A stretch of DNA of 64,000 bases from Antedon mediterranea (lineage: Eukaryota > Animalia > Echinodermata): contig NC_092675.1 in assembly GCF_964355755.1 (NCBI RefSeq), positions 3,653,812 through 3,717,811 of the forward strand, in the 5' to 3' direction. The position numbers were made by a program, and so were the translations under genes. The stretch's first letter is position 1. Each line of letters begins with the position of its first letter. Below the pieces are notes generated by a model. The model made no database searches. It was not told where the DNA came from and saw only the letters and a program-made list of their open reading frames with translations. Below are positions 51,959 through 63,985 of the stretch, piece after piece.

Positions 51959-54900
51959 TTATACTAGTAGAACAGCATTGATACAGCCATCATTTTCAGG
52001 ATTGTTAGTAACTTGAGCATATTTACCTACAAAATACAAAGAAAATCTGTGATTACTATCTATAGTTTCAGTTTCAGTTTATTTACCATTTCAAATACTG
52101 TAAAGATAAACAATAAATGCTGGTATGAATTTCATATTGATATTCAAAACAGTTTAAACAAATCATGACTAATTTAAGAATAGGAATTTTCGATCTTGAA
52201 AACGAAAAGCGAAGATGGACAGGAATTGAAAGGGAAAAATGAATCTGTAATGTTTTAAAATGTAACAAGGTTGAAAATGAATATCACTTTGTTTAGTACG
52301 TCCATATTACAACGAAATTAGACACTCCTTTTTAAAACCTTATTATTTTAATCAACCAACAAATAAATAGTTTATTTTACTAATGAAAAACAAAAATAAA
52401 AAAGTAATCAATAACCTGGTAAGACTAATTATTTTGCTGTTACTACAGTACTACTGTACTTAAATTTTATAATATGTATTATTTTCTATTATATAACACC
52501 TAAATAAATTCCTGTTATTTGATTGGACAATTGTGGGTCACATGGCATGCAATAGTATGCACTATTAAACAATCGTTGGAATATGACCTTTCATCATTCA
52601 TCTCATGCCATTATTTGTACCATTACACTCATTCATTATTTGTATATTATTGTACTAGGGCCAGTGGCATACATTCTGAATAAATGAATGAATAACTATA
52701 AGAGCAAAGCTTGTTTACCGGTCACACATAGTGCAGTACTGAACAACATTAAGACAGGCAATTTCTTTAACATCGGTTGGTAGAAAAAACAAACAATTAA
52801 TTGGTGATGATGTTCTTTAGATGATTCCTAAATCCATCTTTTTAGGTTAATTGAATTTTTTAGGCACGTTCAGGACCAACAATACAAAAATAGTTATTAA
52901 AGCTGTTAGTGATTCATTAGGGTCGTTGCATTTCGTATCATTAATTTTCATATTATCCTGTATGTGGTAATTTTTTATTCGGCCTTGAATTCCATTAAGA
53001 ATATTACAAGTTTTCTTTAGGCTGTTTTGATTTTTATTTAGTTCTTCTGTGTAAAATATTTCTTTGCGTTTCTGAGTATTGAGGTGAGTATATTACAATA
53101 ACGAGTACATTTATTTTATTTGCAGTGGTTGGCGATCATATCTATTTTTTATAAAGTTTATTTTTACGATTTATAGATTTTAAAATTTTCTATACAGTAT
53201 TGAGATTTGAAACGCACCTGGTTGTATCCTTGCAATTTGATTGGTTAATTATGCATTTAGTGCCAACAACAAAATGAGCTTTGAACTATTACCTACTAAC
53301 ACACAGGTCAATTAACAAACTTTTAAAATAAAAATTACTTACCCCATACTACCTTTCCACCTTGGGTTACTAGACCTAATTCACTCACATTAACCTGTAA
53401 AAAAGAATATTATTAATTTAGTGTTCAAATGCACTTGCAATCCACAATAAAGCTTGGTTCCCACTAGAACGTAACGCAAGGACGTAAACACAACGCAAGC
53501 GTTTTAACCAATGACAAGCGAAGTTATAGACAGTTAGCAATCACAAGCGAATAAGCCATCGCTTGTGATTGGTCAATTCACTTGCGTTGCGTTACGTCCT
53601 TGCATTGCGTCGCTAGTGGGAACCACGCTTTAATAAATAGATACTGTATAATATAAAAATGAAATAGTTAACTATGGTCATTATTGGGCTCGAATCTAAC
53701 CACTAGCCATCAGTGCAAAAGCTTGGTGGTCTAGATGTATAAACGCCAGGCTAGTTATCTGGAGGTCGTGGGTTCGAGTCCCACCCGAGAACTACTTGCA
53801 AATTTTTTCGCAAGTATTCTCAAATATTATTAGTATGAAGTACAAATTATGTCAGAGTAGGGCAAAACATCTGACTAATTACCCAACTCCCTGACGCAAA
53901 GCTACTCCACAGTAGTTTAATACAATTACAACCCTATGGTCATTATCTCAATCAAATATTTATCAATTATAAAATACCTCAACAACTGTTCCTTTGGTAA
54001 TTACACCGAGTGATGTGTACATTGGTGAAGTTGGGTTTTTCTTGACACCAATAATAGGAAGATGAAATGTTGCTTTAAGCTCTGGGTGGGTCACATGTGC
54101 TTTCTTGAAACGTAGTGCCTTAACGATAGAAACAATGATAAACAGTTTAATGGTGCAAAACAGACTTTTAAAATACCAAAAAAGTAATGTTTAATAATAA
54201 TATCGAGGCTTTGTAGTCTCATACAGTAGAACTACCCCCAACAAAGTGTCCCCTTAATAGAAGTGTCTTTTGTGAGGGCATGTGCCGCAGTATGTTGGAC
54301 TACTGATCGTGAGATTGAGGTTTGAATCCAACTCTCGCCGCATTGCTTGTATCCTTAGTTAAGATACTTACGTTTGCCTCTCTCCACCTTGGTGTATAAA
54401 TGGGTACCGGTTAGACCAAGACACAACTTTGCGCTGATTACTAGCTGCATTATGGGAGTATGTTTCCCTATGTATTTGATCCAAAAAAATGACTGGGGTA
54501 ATAATGTTCAGCGCTTTATAAATCCAGGATGTTATTATTATTATTATTTTAAAAGGGGATGGGTGTAAAACATATATTGCCCTTTGTTTGTTTACAGGAA
54601 AATGTCACCTTAATAGTGGTATCCTAAAAGAGGAGTTCTACTGTATTTCATCTCATTATAAGGTTTAAATAGTGGTATTGTTTATACCATGAGAAAAATA
54701 CTGGTATTGAGAAAACTACATGACCACAAACTATTCTACAGTGCTACAACCAAACCTAATTCACAAGTAGTATACTGCTCCTAAATAAACATCTGAAGAA
54801 AGTTCTCGTGAAATGATCACTCAAACTGTCAGTCAGGTCAATTATTAATTTTGGTTTGTCAAAATAGAATTTTATAATATCTTACCATTGGTCTGATAAA

Positions 54901-57300
54901 TCTTTCAAATTTTGGAGGTTTCCTTGTAAATCCTTCTCCAACATACGTAACCTTTGTGACCATTCTTTTCCATGCTTTTTCTGGAGATCAGATTTATAGA
55001 AGTGTTCAAAAAGGTTTTTTAATGTAAACAAATATTACATGCAAGTTGAAAAAGAATTATAACTGTGTACTTTCCCTAAAATATGGCTTTACCTTGTACA
55101 ATTTATATATTTTCTTTATACTTATATTAATAACTTTTTTGCTATACATATTACAAGGGTGGGTGGGTTATGTCTTTATTTATGTAAATTGTGAATATAT
55201 ATGTATATTTATAAATATTTATGTTTCTTCAATATTATTATGTGTATGTTATTGTTAGTGTTTTTATTGTAAAGGTAGTACAAGGTTTTTTTCAGGCTCT
55301 GCCTTAGTTGTACGTCCTCCATCTTAATTTGTATTTTATGTTTATGATGGAGATAAAGATTGATTGAACTGAGGATGTCTGAACATCAGCCTTAGCATTT
55401 CAAAGTTGAAAAAACTCAGAAATAAGCCCTTTGGCACCTCACAAATACAGTCAATTTACACGTCTGAAAACGCCAGCAATAAGGCCTCTTTACACCTCTG
55501 TAAACCCCAGAAATAAGGCCTCTTTACACCTCGGTAAACCCCAGAAATACACCTCCGTAAACAATTGTACTTACTACTTCTTTTCCCAGTTCTGATAACT
55601 TTAAAAACTTCATTTTCTCCAACTCCTCTGACTTTTGGAATTGGTACATCCCATTTACCAGCTTTTTCTTTCCTTTTTTGTTTGATCATATTCGATAAAA
55701 CCTTGGCCCTTGTTTGTCCTTCTCGGTCCAATAAATAAGCTGGAACAGCGCCCTCTGGTACCTCATCATTTGTTTTCTTCTTTGTTTTGCGTTCTTCGTG
55801 CATTTTAATTCTGAAAATATAATGTTATGTCAGAAAATGTAAATTTAATAATCAAAAGCACTTTTTAAACAAGTAAGTATCAACAATATTGTTTATTAAT
55901 TACAGTATAAAAATGACAAAGTCTAAAGCAATGCTAGTGTATAAATAAATCCATAAATCTAAATTATCCATTGTTAATTCAAGCTAAGTAAAAACTCAAA
56001 TTTATTACCAAGGCCCCTGGAACTATATTCGGTCATATACAGTAATATTATTGTAATAAAATTTTGTATACAGTAGTTTTGGGGTTTTTTAAGAATACAT
56101 TATTTCAATATGAAAAAAACTATTTTTATGGAATATGTAAATATTTCACTCTCATCCTCAACTTACGTTTTCTTCATTTGTATTTTTTCTGAGTGTCTCT
56201 TCTTATTGTACATCTTTGCTCTACAAAAAAACAAAAAATGGATTGATAAGAATTGAAATTATTAAGGAGGGGAAAATACTTATACTGTATAAAATAAATA
56301 CAAAGTATGGGCAGCCAAAATGAGCAAAATATAAATGTTGCATAAACATACATATTCAATTTATACAGACATTATTGTTGTCAGAAAGACTTTAACATGA
56401 AAAATGATACCAACTGCACATCAAGTCATTATATTAGCAAAGTATCATTAAAAACCAGACTTACTTTATACCAGTTAGCATTTTGGCTTTGTGCGCTCTC
56501 TCATGCGGTTCACGGGCTTCTTTTTTCCTCCTTTTTAATAAAAAAATTCACAAAATATGCAATTGTTAGTTAAACAATAATAATATTATTAACATCTTTA
56601 AACACTTTATGAGAACACAGACATCATCATGTAGCTGCATAAAAATGCTAAAATTCACCAGAAGATTTATTTTGATGCAAATTATTAAAGTTTTATCTAA
56701 ATCGTCAATGTTATTTATAATTTATTTATTGTTAAACTCTTTCTTAACTCTTGACCGTAATACTTAATAGAATAAATTTGGTAAATTTACTTACTTTTTT
56801 TCATGGTAGTCCAGGCGATAACCATGCCTCTTCCGGTGAAGTTCTATGTGTTCGTTTTGCGGCTATTAAATTTAAAAAAAATTTAATTTTTAGACGGAAA
56901 GTCAACTGTGTTTATAGAAAATAATAAATTAGATGCAGTCATATCAATATTATTAATAAAAACATAGATTTTGTAGGAATTAATATTTACCAGAATTATG
57001 TAATATGTTAATCTAGTACCAGTAGTTAAAAAGCAAAAAATCATTGAAAAAATAAGTAAAATGATACTATTTCAACATTTTCTAAGCTAGGCCTATGGTC
57101 CTCCTCCTAGCTAGACGCTGCCCCATCGTGATGTGGTGGTATACAATAAGTACGGTACGGTACGACGGGATAGCCTACTAGGCCTAGCCTACTACATATT
57201 TTATTGTACAACATTGTTGGATATCAAAAGGGCATCCGATATTTAAGACTTAAAACATAAAGTAAATTAATTCCTAAATTATTTGAATTATTCATACCAT
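51959..57300 (-). CDS. NSA2: Ribosome biogenesis protein NSA2 homolog, 9 coding exons, 260 aa
   Basis: Exons 57300-57298 (ATG only), 56862-56795 ([22 protein letters not shown]), 56530-56465, 56220-56167, 55810-55575 ([35 protein letters not shown]), 54980-54886 (KAWKRMVTK...[15 protein letters not shown]), 54118-53978 ([14 protein letters not shown]), 53394-53343 and 52026-51959 ([21 protein letters not shown]). Sum 783 nt. Confidence 0.97.
52135..52695 (+). mobile_element. Degraded LINE 3' fragment (RTE-X-like) in NSA2 intron 8
   Basis: Reads [45 protein letters not shown] (zinc knuckle region with stops). Ends in ctgaataaatgaatgaat. Confidence 0.7.
53451..53629. mobile_element. MITE family B copy in NSA2 intron 7
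   Basis: agcttggttcccactag...ctagtgggaaccacgct with near-palindromic arms and TAA flanks. Confidence 0.85.
53720..53792 (+). pseudogene. tRNA-Thr(AGT)-like sequence (pseudo-tRNA or SINE head)
   Basis: Anticodon arm CCAGG-CTAGTTA-TCTGG, variable loop AGGTC, T arm GTGGG-TTCGAGT-CCCAC. The acceptor stem pairs only 5 of 7 and the D arm is degenerate. T6 run at 53803-53808. Confidence 0.6.
54224..54643. mobile_element. pogo/Tc1-mariner-like MITE interrupted by a SINE (NSA2 intron 6)
   Basis: TA-CAGTAGAACT ... AGTTCTACTG-TA, with internal tgtcccttaatag repeats also seen at 1665-1735, 9388-9440 and 12438-12590. Confidence 0.65.
54274..54548 (+). mobile_element. tRNA-derived CORE-type SINE
   Basis: Degenerate B box ggtttgaatcc; CORE-like tgtatccttagttaagatactta...tgcctctctccaccttggtgtataaatgggtacc; L2-like tail cagcgctttataaat...(tta)n. 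Confidence 0.7.
55478..55562. repeat. 34-bp tandem repeat (~2.5 copies) in NSA2 intron 5
   Basis: aataaggcctctttacacctc(t/g)gtaaaccccaga repeated. Confidence 0.8.
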
Positions 57301-57560
57301 TTTGAAATGATTCACAAATTACAAAACTTGACAAAATAATTAGTGTTTACTCAACGCGATGCAATTTTCGCAACGCATGAGATTTTAAAGGCCGACCACT
57401 GGTTTGCGATAAAACTGAAACCAGATCCTGAAACCATACGATATATCGTGCCATACCGTATTTTTCCCATATTTTTGGTATACGCCGTTGTCGTCGTCGT
57501 CGGTGGTCGATCGTCGTGTACTCTTCCGACGACCATCAAGCTAAAATCCTGTCGCGAGAG
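57301..57560. promoter_or_regulatory. Bidirectional promoter region between NSA2 and the C19orf25 homolog
   Basis: Divergent genes whose ATGs are ~800 bp apart. CpG-rich stretch (57355-57560) in an otherwise CpG-poor background. Confidence 0.6.
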
Positions 57561-58102
57561 AATACAGGCTTGGCCTAGGCCTAGTATAATAATGTAGGCC
57601 CTAGCTCTTTCAATTTCGAGTTTCTAAATACAAATAATACATTGTTTAGCGAGATTTTGTGTTTCCATGGCTTTAGCTTATTATTGCAATAATACTATTG
57701 TTAGGCTAGGCCTAGTCTAGTTTTGTTAGTAAAGTAGGCCTCTAGGGCTAGGCCTACTACTCTCGCTAGGGATGCCCTCGCTAGTAGGCCTCTAGACTAT
57801 AGGAGAGGCTCTAGCCTAGGCATAGAGAGGCCTATGCTTAAAGGCCTAGAGTAGTAGCTACCTAGCCCTAGCTAGGCTAGTATTAGTACTACAGAGTAGT
57901 AACCCTACTAGGCCTAGACTGCATTTGTTTGAACCATTTAAAGACAAATACTTATTAATCCAATCAGGCCTATAGTATTATTATTTAATCATATTTTTTA
58001 CCTGACATTATTGTTTGCTGTAAATTAAATTTAAATGTTTTTCTTTTTAACAGGAATTAAAAAGCTTAATTAACAAGTTACAGGTTGGATTAAATTGTGA
58101 TA

Positions 58103-59273
58103 ATGGCGCACACTTCCAAAGACCAGCAGATAGCATTACCAGAAAGACCAAAGCCACCATCCACAGAGGAAATGCTGGAGGATCTGCAAACAGCAGATGA
58201 CAGAGACGTTGCCTTCACAGTACTTCAGAATCTTGTTAATGATATGGATGATGATGTTAGAGGAAAAGGTACTGTACAATACAGGTTTCAAAAAGATTGC
58301 ATCCAGGGGAGGATCCAGGATTTTTTTTATGGGGGTGCCCTAACAATTGTAATATGCAGTAGGCCTATAGACGGTCAAAAATAGATTACAAGAAGTAGTT
58401 CATAATGTAATTTTTTGAAGGTGGGGGAGCAGGGAGCATGTGACTAAAACCTATACCCTAGTGGTCATATTCATCATTCACACTAAGGCTAAGAGAAACA
58501 CTTATACCAAAATTGTTTTAAGTTCACTTGTAGAGTTTCTTGATTTGTCTCCAAATATTTGTTTGCTTCAAAAAATTTTTTTACTTTGTTATATTCTTTA
58601 TAATTAACAATTTCTTGTTAATTCTGGAAGATTTAATTGATGTTTCTGTTAGTTGTTTTAAAATGTTGTATTTGTTAATCTGAGGCGCCTTGAAGCTAAG
58701 GTGGTTCCATCTTGTAAGGCGCCTCTGTGTAATATACTGAATAAAAAAAAAATTATAAAAAAAAATAAAATAAAAATTTATCTAAGTGAATACAATTTAA
58801 GTGAAATATTTAATGGAAATATCTCACTTAAGTGTGATTGGTTAATATGGCTACTGGATCTTCTATTGGCCCTAAAGACAATCGGTACTTGATAGATGGA
58901 TGTATTTGAATTTAAAATTTTGGTTTATTAATGAAAACAAAAATGTTTTTTTTTTATCACATTTATTGTTAATTAGCATGATGTACCTAATGTATTAAAT
59001 AAATATTTCTCTTTTTTTCTAGGGGCAGCAACTAATAATAAGAAGCTTAACAAGAACTTAGAAGAAACTCATGCATCTATAATAAATGAAAATACAAATG
59101 AAAACACTGACATTTCAAAAGAATATAACAAAGTTAAAAAATATTTAGAAGCAAACGAATATTTGGAGACAAATCAAGAAACTTTACAAGTGAACTTAAA
59201 TAAATTGATGTCGGCTAAAGTTGAAATAGAGAATGTTATGAAGCAATTGCAAGAAGAGCTTGGAGGCAGTTAA
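58103..59273 (+). CDS. C19orf25: UPF0449 protein, C19orf25 homolog, 2 coding exons, 138 aa
   Basis: Exon 58103-58268 reads MAHTSKDQQIALPERPKPPSTEEMLEDLQTADDRDVAFT, matching the LPxRPxPPxxExxLEDxxxAxxxDxxF motif. Phase-1 intron to exon 59023-59273, a coiled-coil-like segment EYNKVKKYLEANEYLETNQETLQ...EELGGS*. An upstream acceptor at ~58053 implies a non-coding first exon. Confidence 0.85.
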
Positions 59274-59319
59274 AAGTGTAAAAGAAGGTTGTTTTCATCC
59301 ATCTGCCGCATCTATTTTA

Positions 59320-59800
59320 ACAAATTTATTTTTATTTGAACCATATTTAATGAGGTCGATCCATTCAGCAATTGCTGATCATTTGGGACCCTCAGAACAG
59401 ATACAATACACAAAATGCAACAAAAACAGAAAAGTTAAGGGAAAAAAAGCCTATAAATAAAATAAATTACATGAGAATTAAAAATCTGAATAAGATTTGG
59501 AATATAGAAAATAACTGATATGTTAAATTAAGCAAAAATAAGAAATATAAATACTATTTAGGTCTAATATTTTACAATTTAAAGTCTGGAAAAGGATTAC
59601 ATAGTTTGGAGAAAAGTCAAAAGTCAAGTTTTGAATGAGGAAAAGGATATTGAATTGCGGATAGATAGAGGAAGATCATAGTAGAAATGAAGGGCCTTGT
59701 AGCTAAAGGCTAGAAAGGCAGCGATACCATTAAGAAACTTTGCCAGACAACTGAAACTGATCTAGGCTAATTCTCTCCAACTCCACGTCTTGTTGAGTAA
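59320..59800 (-). mobile_element. Degraded CR1/L2-type LINE 3' fragment just after the C19orf25 stop
   Basis: Minus strand reads YSTRRG...AFSYKALHFYYDLPLSIRNSISFSSFKT, then a gagggtccc...gacctc-type 3' segment and an aaataaaataaa tail. Confidence 0.6.
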
Positions 59801-60235
59801 ATAATAATATTTAAAAAAAGAACTTATGTGTTCATAACAAGATACATTGAGTCTGATTATCATTTTAGCGATGCAACTTATTCGTTGCTTGGTGCATTGT
59901 TATTTGTTACATTATGAAGACATTCTGTAATACAATGTCTAATGTCTGGAGATAATTTAAAACGAAAAAAATATCGAATATACAATATATATTAAAAGAA
60001 ATGAAAATAAAGCTGTAAGAAATATGTAAAATAAGAAAACAGCTTAATAAAGACATTCAGTAATAAATTATACAAAATTAACATTATTAGAGTATTTTTT
60101 ACTATTTTTAGGTTATTCTATAATTGGACATTATGATATGTTTAAACCTTTTCTCAAATTTTATGTTGAGCTTTGGTGAATAATGGTATTTGTCTGGTGA
60201 GCTAAATGCTATTAATCTATGCATAGATTGATTAA

Positions 60236-60393
60236 AGCTCTGTCTACTCTGTCTAACTAGTTTGACAAGGTGTGATGTGCCCAATTATGGTAGTGATATG
60301 CCCAAATATGGTAAGGGTATGACATCATCATGTCCGATATAATGGGCTCATTACATTTTTTGTCACATAAAGTTTGATAGTGTAAACAGAGCT
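60236..60393. mobile_element. MITE family A copy
   Basis: agctctgtctac...tttgatagtgtaaacagagct with the same internal tgtgatgtgccc/atggtagtgatatgccc repeats. Confidence 0.8.
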
Positions 60394-60899
60394 TTAGACA
60401 ATCATGTATCAAATTTGCAGTAACTGTAGTCCGCTTCAACCTGTGCATTGTCAAATAAAAGGAAAGCTCATGTAATCGCCTTAGAACATATGGCTCTGGA
60501 TCTGCCACCATATGTATGAGTGACGTCATCATGGTGCCTAAGATAAATTGAATAAAATGCTTTGTTCATTATCACATCTTACTCTCGTTTTAACCCCACC
60601 ATCAAAGGCGGTGATTATCTTTTCTTAAGTCAGGAACTTATGTTACTTAAGTAGCTCTTAGTTTGGTCATGTTTCACAAATAGCAGCGGAAATAGATAAT
60701 ATCTCTCGCATATTTAATTTCATTTGATCGTGGTACTTCAAATAACAATGCGTCATGATATTCACAATATGATAGAAAACCACCAAACATTATTTATACG
60801 TAGAGAGGCATCAAAACATCACCAAATGGACTTTAAACTACACCATCGCCAACTATCTCCATTTATTCGTTTATTTATTTTCAACAATATTCAACGAGG

Positions 60900-61060
60900 G
60901 CATGGTTCATGGTTCATGGTCCATGGTTCATGGTTCATGGTTCATGGTTGGTTTATGGTTCATGGTTCATGGTTCGTTGTTGGTTCATGGTTCATGGTTC
61001 ATGGTTCATTGTTGGTTCATGGTTCATGGTTCGTTGTTGGTTCATGGTTCATGGTCCATC
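60900..61060. repeat. (CATGGTT)n heptamer repeat
   Basis: Direct reading of the sequence, with occasional cgttgtt/ggtt variants. Confidence 0.92.
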
Positions 61061-61667
61061 CAGCCGAATCTGATAAATTAGAACTAAATAAAATAATGGA
61101 AGAATAATTAGAATCAAAGAGAAATCAATTAAAACATTGACAAAACTGAATTTAATTAAATAGAGATTTACATAATAATTTTCAATTGAATTGAGAAAAA
61201 TACTACTTTTGTGTTTGTTTTTTTAAAACACTAATCGGCAAAATATCTTCTTCTTTCCTAGACTCCTGGTCTAGGGCATTTATTTGTACAGCTTATTTGT
61301 GCTAAATATCAAATTTATCAATAATTATTCCACAATTCTGACTGTTCTATGACGTCAACAGAGATTGTTGGGTGCTATCTATTTCTATAATATTTTTTTT
61401 AATGAATTTCTTTGCGGATGTTACTGATCTCGATATTATATAAGACCCTTTACCTGTATAAACTATAATGTCTAGGTCCTTCTACTAAGTACCGTACTTG
61501 TATCTTTTTATTTATGTAATAATAATCTTTTATTACAAACTCCTTTAATTATGTTGAGCACATGCAAAGATGAGACACTTGAAGACGTCTTTGTGTACCT
61601 CACTGTTATTTTTGTATAAATTGCTTGGTCACCAGCCAAGTTGTATTATTACTCTTCAGGACAGACC

Positions 61668-63985
61668 ATGATGAAATTGTTGGTAAGTATAACTAATTTA
61701 TTCTTATTATCAATATTGTTTTTTTAATTAATAATTTAAGTAAAAAATCATTTTGCATAATTCACGGTAAATATAAACGATAAAGATTGTAAAACGCCGG
61801 GGAAAATCTAGGAAAATTTAGGCATACGCCGGCCTTATATTAAATTGTTTTTGTTCTTCGGAATCTACGTCGGTTATTTTAAAAAGACTTCAGTTCCGTT
61901 TTGTTTATTTCGAAAGTTGCATAAAACTTTAGACCTATACTTTTAAAGCTCAGAACTCGATTTAATGAGAAAATCGGGTTAATCGAACTTGAGGAATAAA
62001 CAATACATATCCCTTTGAAGATAAGAAAATAACTAAATGTTACAATTATACTCTCCTCCTCTACTTCTTCTGTCCATCCTTATCTTCATTTTATTTATTA
62101 TCCAAGGTGCGATAGAACTGTTCCGTTCCTATCCTGTCTTTTGATTTGATTCTTGCAAAATAATCTGGAGAGTATTTTCCCAATGCGTCTAAATAAACAG
62201 ACAGTCCCTGAGCTGTCTAATTTATATATTATATTAGGCCCCTTCACTTACAAAATAGAATCCATCAGATGGATTCTATGTTTTATTCTATATAGGTTTA
62301 CATCTAGGAGTTTTTAAGAATCCTTTGTCTATTCATTTATTGTAATCTTGTGCGTCGAATTTATTGTTTTTCTCTCTTTTTAACAAAACGAAAATTATTA
62401 TTATTATTATTTATAAGCAGTGTGTAATTGGTCTAGTGATATTTAGCCGTGATGTTTCTGGAGAGGCGGTTTCATTTTCTCTAAATGATGCTGCTCCCTC
62501 AGCAGCAGGAGGATCTGCAATTATAGCGCCAAGATGCAGGTGAGTAGGCCTACACTAATATTATGTAACATAAAGAAATGATTCCAATCGGACATACTGT
62601 ATAAACAATTCTATACAGACGGTTAAATTCTCATACATAAGTATTAGGCCTATGTAGGTGAATGAAATTATCTAAGGTGAGGGAAAGATGATTATGATAG
62701 GATGATTATGATATAAACGCTGTAGACCTATATCTGTGCTAACTGTCGAATACTTATGGAGGAATAATTAGATCACCTCTATTAATGGCATCCGGTATTT
62801 TTGCGTTTTGCGACGATAATGATGATTATAATGAAAAGAATGATTTGATTATTAACGTTTGATTCTGTTACCCACTCATAATTCTTTGTATACAATACAA
62901 TGCTGATAATTAACCACAAGTAAAGCCTTTTCGATCTAGCAAAAGCGGAGTTTAATCAAGTTTTGAAAATTAAATTTTGCTAATGTTCTGCAAACTTCAT
63001 GTTTCTAAAGTTTTAGTCGAAGTTTGTCAGCCACTGGCAGACTTTGAAAAACATTTCTTGACAAACATGGATTTGCAAGCAAAACTTTGCCAGTGTAGGC
63101 TACTATCAACTGATTCACTTACATTTTAAATTTTAGACTATCAACTACTGCAACGTTATCACAGAAGAGAATTGTCAACGACTTTGGATCAGTGTTGAAA
63201 GCTGGTGGTGAAGCTGTTGAAGATGTTGACGCAGATGATGACGATAGCGTCGTGCTTGCGTCAACATTTAACTCGCACCTTTCAGCTGCTGGTGTTGGAT
63301 CTGTTAGCTTTGACAGGTATGGAAGTATTATATGTCATATAACATGACAGTACTATTATACTACTAAAACTAGCATTTCTATCCAAAAACGCGTTCTTTC
63401 TGCATGTCACAAATGTTCCAATTTGAAGAAGACGTTTCAACGTTTGCCATATCGTTCAAGTTAATTCATCAAATACGTTTATTTAAAGGCACATGGAAGT
63501 TTGGCATACCGACAACAATATGTTAAAGTGTTCAGTAGTCTATGCAGGAGTAAAAATTAATTTTATAATTTCTAAGAAACCATCAAAACGTTCAACATGC
63601 TAACATAATTTATTTCTGAATACAGTACAGTTGCTGTTCTAAACAACATCGTTTACCAATGGGCCGCCTGTATAGGCCTTGTTAGTAGTTATTCGTGCGC
63701 GGGATTAATTTCTTTTGAATTATGGTTTTCTAGCAAAATGCCAACAACAAATGTACAGACGTCTTCTGGAGGGGGAGGAGGAGCCGGAGGAGTGGTAGGT
63801 GGTTCAGCAACAGACTACATTCCGGATTTCGCCCCTTATCCATATCCCGGTCCTATCTTCTCTGGTTATTGTCGATCCTTCCGAACCACAATCCAACCAA
63901 CCTGGGCAATTAACAGTCAACATCAATGGGTTCGAGTTTTCCAGGCTTACTATTTCAGACAGACATTCCCAGTTGTATATTGCAC
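61668..63985 (+). CDS. Secreted Spaetzle/neurotrophin-like cystine-knot precursor, first 4 coding exons (continues beyond the right edge)
   Basis: Exons 61668-61682 (MMKLL), 62421(or 62418)-62539 (CVIGLVIFSRDVSG..., signal peptide), 63137-63316 (acidic pro-region) and 63734-63985 (Gly-rich linker, then YCRSFRTTIQPTWAINSQHQWVRVFQAYYFRQTFPVVYC). Phases 0/2/2/2 are consistent. The C-x-S...P...N...W...Q...C pattern resembles the first half of the Spaetzle domain. Confidence 0.7.

Noticed and set aside
53720-53792. Functional tRNA-Thr gene
   Set aside because: The top two acceptor-stem pairs mismatch and the D loop lacks the conserved GG, so it is kept only as tRNA-like.
56375-56640. Possible box C/D snoRNA in NSA2 introns
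   Set aside because: An ATGATGA (minus, ~56630) and a CTGA (minus, ~56384) are in different introns. No C/D pair with a terminal stem was found.
57355-57385. Yeast-like PAC/RRPE motifs in the NSA2 promoter (gcgatgca, aattttc, gcatgag)
   Set aside because: Only partial matches, and these motifs are fungal, so this is probably chance.
60724-61107. 127-aa ORF with HGSWFMV repeats
   Set aside because: Translation of the (CATGGTT)n heptamer.
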